Below are positions 60,424 to 64,000 of a DNA stretch of 64,000 bases, piece by piece; the first letter of the stretch is position 1; every line of letters starts with the position of its first letter. The DNA is from an uncultured Verrucomicrobiae bacterium (GTDB lineage Bacteria > Chlamydiota > Chlamydiia > Chlamydiales > Rhabdochlamydiaceae). The notes beneath the pieces were generated by a model that had not been told where the DNA came from, searched no databases, and was given only the letters and a program-made list of their open reading frames with translations. The position numbers were made by a program, and so were the translations under genes. Where the stretch lies: NCBI GenBank assembly GCA_963818965.1, contig CAWFUG010000009.1, forward strand, positions 128,001 through 192,000. Direction: 5' to 3'.

Positions 60424-61281
60424 ATGAAAAAGACGTTGTTGATTTCTGTCATTGCTCTTTGTGTAACGGCAATTGTGATCGTATCGATTGTGGTTGCCTT
60501 TCGAGAAAAGAAAGAGCGCGACTTCATTACCTTGTATGGGAATGTCGATGTCCGCCAGGTCGACATCGGATTTCGGGTAGCGGGTCAAGTGACAGAATTG
60601 TTCTTCGAAGAGGGGGATGTCGTCAGAGAAGGGGACTTGATGTGCGTCTTAAGTACAACCCCCTACGATAGTCAGCTCGATGAGGCGATTGCTCTAAAAG
60701 AGGCGATTGCGGTGAATTTGGAGAATGCAGAGATCCTGTTGCGTCGGCGTGTGGAGTTGGTGGATGTGGGGGCTGTTTCGCAAGAAGATGTCGATAATGC
60801 GCTTGCTAATCGAAACCAGCTCATCGCAAATTTGGCACAGGCGGACTCGGCCATCCTCGTAGCCCGCGACAATTTGACTTACACGAGAGCCTATGCGCCG
60901 ACCGATGGGATTTTGCTCACGCGGATCCGGGAACCGGGAACAGTGGTCAACCCGGCTGATCCCGTCTACACGCTCTCTGTCAGCTCTCCTGTCTGGATCC
61001 GTGCTTTTGTCGATGAACCTGATTTAGGCACTGTCTATTACGGAATGCATGCAGAGGTATTCACCGATATCAAAGGGGGCAAGAGCTACCCCGGGACGAT
61101 CGGATTCATTTCTCCCGTCGCAGAATTTACACCCAAAACAGTCGAAAGTACGCAGTTGCGCACCGATCTCGTCTATCGCCTGCGCATCTATGTCGACAAT
61201 CCAGATCGAGGACTCGTCCAGGGGATGCCCGTCACTGTCAAACTCGATTTGAGGAGACAGCACGATGTTATACCGAAATAA
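60424..61281 (+). CDS. HlyD-family periplasmic adaptor (YbhG-like)
   Basis: LYGNVDVRQV, GFISPVAEFTPKTVE..LRTDLVYR, QGMPVTV. Confidence 0.9.
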   Translation: MKKTLLISVIALCVTAIVIVSIVVAFREKKERDFITLYGNVDVRQVDIGFRVAGQVTELFFEEGDVVREGDLMCVLSTTPYDSQLDEAIALKEAIAVNLENAEILLRRRVELVDVGAVSQEDVDNALANRNQLIANLAQADSAILVARDNLTYTRAYAPTDGILLTRIREPGTVVNPADPVYTLSVSSPVWIRAFVDEPDLGTVYYGMHAEVFTDIKGGKSYPGTIGFISPVAEFTPKTVESTQLRTDLVYRLRIYVDNPDRGLVQGMPVTVKLDLRRQHDVIPK

Positions 61282-63199
61282 TACCAATCCTCGAAAACAA
61301 CCTGCATTTCAGCTGCGTCGAATCCCGGCGCTTTCACGCGCTCAAATGCAGGTTATTTTCGAGGATTGGTATAACTTGAAGAATCGGGTTTTGGCGGCGT
61401 CGGCTTTATCCCAGAATTTTTGTTTTCACTCGCGCCTTGTCTCTCGGCAATGGTCGCTCGCTCCAAACAAAAATTCTGGGGGGCCTCCTTGTCAAAATCC
61501 CGATTCTTCAAGTTATTTCGATATGGTCGAGATTAAAGGGCTTTCCAAAAGATTTCCAAAAACCTCCTCAGATGCCATCAAACGGCTCGACGCCTCTTTC
61601 CCGACAGGTAAAATCATAGGGCTAGTGGGGCCTGATGGCGCAGGGAAGACGACGTTGATCCGCTTGATCGCCGCTCTTTTGACTCCTACGGAAGGCGCGA
61701 TCTCGATTAAAGGATTGGATACAGTAAAAGACAGAGAGCAGATTCCTCATTTGATAGGCTATATGCCTCAAAAGTTCGGGCTCTACGAAGATCTCACGGT
61801 GCAGCAGAATCTCGATCTCTACGCCGATTTAAAAAATGTGGTGGGGGAAGAGAAGCGCGCGACTTGTGAAAAGCTCCTTCACTTCACCGCGCTCGAGCCT
61901 TTTACAGGCAGGTTGGCAAAAAATCTCTCGGGTGGGATGAAGCAAAAACTCGGCCTCGCTTGTGCCCTGATCAAAAAACCGACCCTGCTCCTGCTCGATG
62001 AACCCAGCGTCGGCGTCGATCCCGTCTCGCGGCGCGAACTGTGGAAAATGGTGAAGGATCTACTCGATGAGGGGATCTCCGTGCTGTGGAGCACGGCTTA
62101 TCTCGAAGAGGCGGAACAGTGCGATCACGTACTTTTGTTAAATGAGGGGAAGCTCCTCTACAGCGGAGACCCCAAACAGCTGACGGAAAAGATGGAAGGG
62201 AGGACCTTTGCGATCGAGGAGACAGATCGCCGTGCACTTTTGTTTACTTTGCTTAAAAACAAAGAGGTCATAGATGGGGTCATTCAGGGAAGCACGGTAC
62301 GCGTTCTATTGCGGGACAAGAATATTTTAAGCGGATACCCAGCGCTCCATGCTGTTCCGCCTCGCTTTGAAGATGGGTTCATCGACATTTTAGGGGGTGG
62401 GCCTGGAGGAGAATCGCAGCTTGCCGACAGAGCGCCTCTCGTTACAAAAAAGGGGGACACGCCGATCGTTGCGGAGAATGTGACCAAGCGGTTTGGAGAC
62501 TTTGTCGCGGTCGATGATATCTCCCTCTCTGTCCGAAGAGGAGAGATCTTCGGCTTATTAGGACCCAATGGTGCGGGGAAGACGACGCTGTTTAAGATGC
62601 TCTGTGGTCTCCTCCATCCGACATCGGGAAAAGCCCAGGTCGACGGGGTCGATTTAGAGACGTCTGTCAAGCCGCGCAGAGAGATCGGCTACATGGCTCA
62701 AAAATTTTCCCTCTATGGCAATTTGAGCGTCTATCAGAATTTGGAGTTTTTCTCCGGAATTTATGGCCTTACCCTCAAGGAGCAAAGGGTCGCTGTTGCA
62801 GAAATGCTAGAGATTTTCGATTTGCAGAAATACCGCGATACCTCTTCAGAATTGCTTCCCTTGGGTTATAAACAGAGACTGAGTCTTGCCTGTGCGAACA
62901 TGCACCACCCGCAGGTGCTGTTTCTCGATGAGCCTACATCGGGTGTCGATCCGATCGTCCGCCGGGAGTTCTGGAACCACATCAATGGCCTCGTGAGAAG
63001 GGGAGTGACCGTGATGATCACGACCCACTTTATGGAAGAAGCGGAATACTGCGACAGAATCGCCCTGATCTATCAAGGCAAAATCATCCAGATGGACACG
63101 CCAGATGGCCTCAAAGAGAGCGTCAAATCACCCGAACTGCCCAACCCGACCCTAGAAGATGCATTCATCAAGAAGATAGAAGAGTACGATGCGAAATAA
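61265..63199 (+). CDS. Dual ABC ATPase (YbhF-like); either carries 85 element-derived N-terminal codons or starts at ATG 61523
   Basis: GPDGAGKT / LSGGMKQKL and GPNGAGKT / LPLGYKQRL; SD GAGGAG 8 nt before 61265. Confidence 0.9.
   Translation: MLYRNNTNPRKQPAFQLRRIPALSRAQMQVIFEDWYNLKNRVLAASALSQNFCFHSRLVSRQWSLAPNKNSGGPPCQNPDSSSYFDMVEIKGLSKRFPKTSSDAIKRLDASFPTGKIIGLVGPDGAGKTTLIRLIAALLTPTEGAISIKGLDTVKDREQIPHLIGYMPQKFGLYEDLTVQQNLDLYADLKNVVGEEKRATCEKLLHFTALEPFTGRLAKNLSGGMKQKLGLACALIKKPTLLLLDEPSVGVDPVSRRELWKMVKDLLDEGISVLWSTAYLEEAEQCDHVLLLNEGKLLYSGDPKQLTEKMEGRTFAIEETDRRALLFTLLKNKEVIDGVIQGSTVRVLLRDKNILSGYPALHAVPPRFEDGFIDILGGGPGGESQLADRAPLVTKKGDTPIVAENVTKRFGDFVAVDDISLSVRRGEIFGLLGPNGAGKTTLFKMLCGLLHPTSGKAQVDGVDLETSVKPRREIGYMAQKFSLYGNLSVYQNLEFFSGIYGLTLKEQRVAVAEMLEIFDLQKYRDTSSELLPLGYKQRLSLACANMHHPQVLFLDEPTSGVDPIVRREFWNHINGLVRRGVTVMITTHFMEEAEYCDRIALIYQGKIIQMDTPDGLKESVKSPELPNPTLEDAFIKKIEEYDAK
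61269..61525. mobile_element. Composite of two nested palindromic miniature elements
   Basis: Outer arms ataccgaaata|acttgaagaatcggg and cccgattcttcaagttatttcgatat; inner element 61281-61373 (ataccaatcctcgaaaa...ttttcgaggattggtat) splits the left arm. Confidence 0.85.
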
Positions 63200-64000
63200 T
63201 TCAGGGCGCATGCGCCGTTTAAAAGCCCTCGTGAAAAAAGAGTTCCTTCAGGTCATGCGCGACCCGAGCAGCCTCCTGATCACGGTCTTCTTACCCCTCC
63301 TCCTGATCTTTCTCTATGGTTCAGGGGTTTCGCTCGATCTCAATCACTTGAGGGTGGGACTCGTGCTCGAAGATACTGCACCTGATGCGCGCAGTTTCGC
63401 ACAGTCCCTCACTGATTCCCGCTATTTTGACGTCAAGATCGTGCGCGATCGGAGAGAACTGACTGAAGATCTCATGCGAGGATCGATCCGTGGCATCTTC
63501 GTCATCCCATCCTACTTCACACAATACAGGAACCGGCCCGATCAGATCGCTCCGATCCAGGTAATCGCCGATGGGAGTGAGACGAATACGGCCAACTTCG
63601 TGCAAAACTACGCGATGGGGGCGCTGGATAACTATTTGGCTCAAGAGGCCCTGACGACGGGGATTTCCACTGAGGTCCCGTTGATCCGCACGCAGCCTAG
63701 ATACTGGTATAATGAACAGTTGGAGAGCCGTTTTTATCTTCTCTCGGGCTCACTTGCGATCATCATGACTCTCATCGGAGCGATGTTGACTGCCCTCGTC
63801 GTCGCAAGAGAGTGGGAACGGGGGACGATGGAGGCCTTGCTGTCGACAAGTGTCGAACGTTCAGAGCTCGTAATCGGCAAAGTGATTCCGTATTTCGTCT
63901 TAGGGATGGTTTCGATGGGGATCTGCGTCCTTCTCTCCGTCTTCTTCTACGAGCTCCCACTCCGAGGTTCACTGCTCCTTTTAGCGCTCGTCTCGGCGAA
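63189..64000 (+). CDS. ABC-2 permease (YbhS-like), 3' truncated by the window edge
   Basis: Own translation: MRNNSGRMRRLKALVKKEFLQVMRDPSS...AREWERGTMEALLST. Confidence 0.88.
   Translation, partial: MRNNSGRMRRLKALVKKEFLQVMRDPSSLLITVFLPLLLIFLYGSGVSLDLNHLRVGLVLEDTAPDARSFAQSLTDSRYFDVKIVRDRRELTEDLMRGSIRGIFVIPSYFTQYRNRPDQIAPIQVIADGSETNTANFVQNYAMGALDNYLAQEALTTGISTEVPLIRTQPRYWYNEQLESRFYLLSGSLAIIMTLIGAMLTALVVAREWERGTMEALLSTSVERSELVIGKVIPYFVLGMVSMGICVLLSVFFYELPLRGSLLLLALVSA

Noticed and set aside
60424..63199. Ancestral HlyD-ABC fusion gene
   Set aside because: Using the element ends defined by arm symmetry gives a separate ATG with SD and an overlapping adaptor stop, the usual operon layout

Overview
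This window is a chromosomal segment of an environmental member of the phylum Chlamydiae. The assignment is inferred from gene content and order: aas-cysS-lysS-priA, ftsY-sucCD, htrA-M16 protease, nrdAB-pssA-rmuC, the CT015/CT016/CT017-like trio, a class Ic NrdB and a Legionella/MOMP-like porin. Accessory genes lie between the core genes. They include two type II toxin-antitoxin pairs, three tandem methyltransferase-ankyrin paralogs, a secreted flavoprotein with MICAL-like motifs, a secreted 2H phosphoesterase and a ubiquitin-like protein. A DUF3800 gene has a convergent, promoter-bearing structured RNA overlapping its 3' end. Intergenic DNA is very rich in palindromes. One family is six copies of an ACCACAGAG composite repeat. 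Another is ERIC-like TATAC...GTATA miniature elements: one disrupts a gene, and two are nested in frame at the start of an ABC ATPase gene. Frameshifts in cysS, lysS, sucD and nrdB are most likely assembly indel errors. I found no rRNA, tRNA, CRISPR array or transposase. All family calls come from motif recognition by eye, not from database searches.
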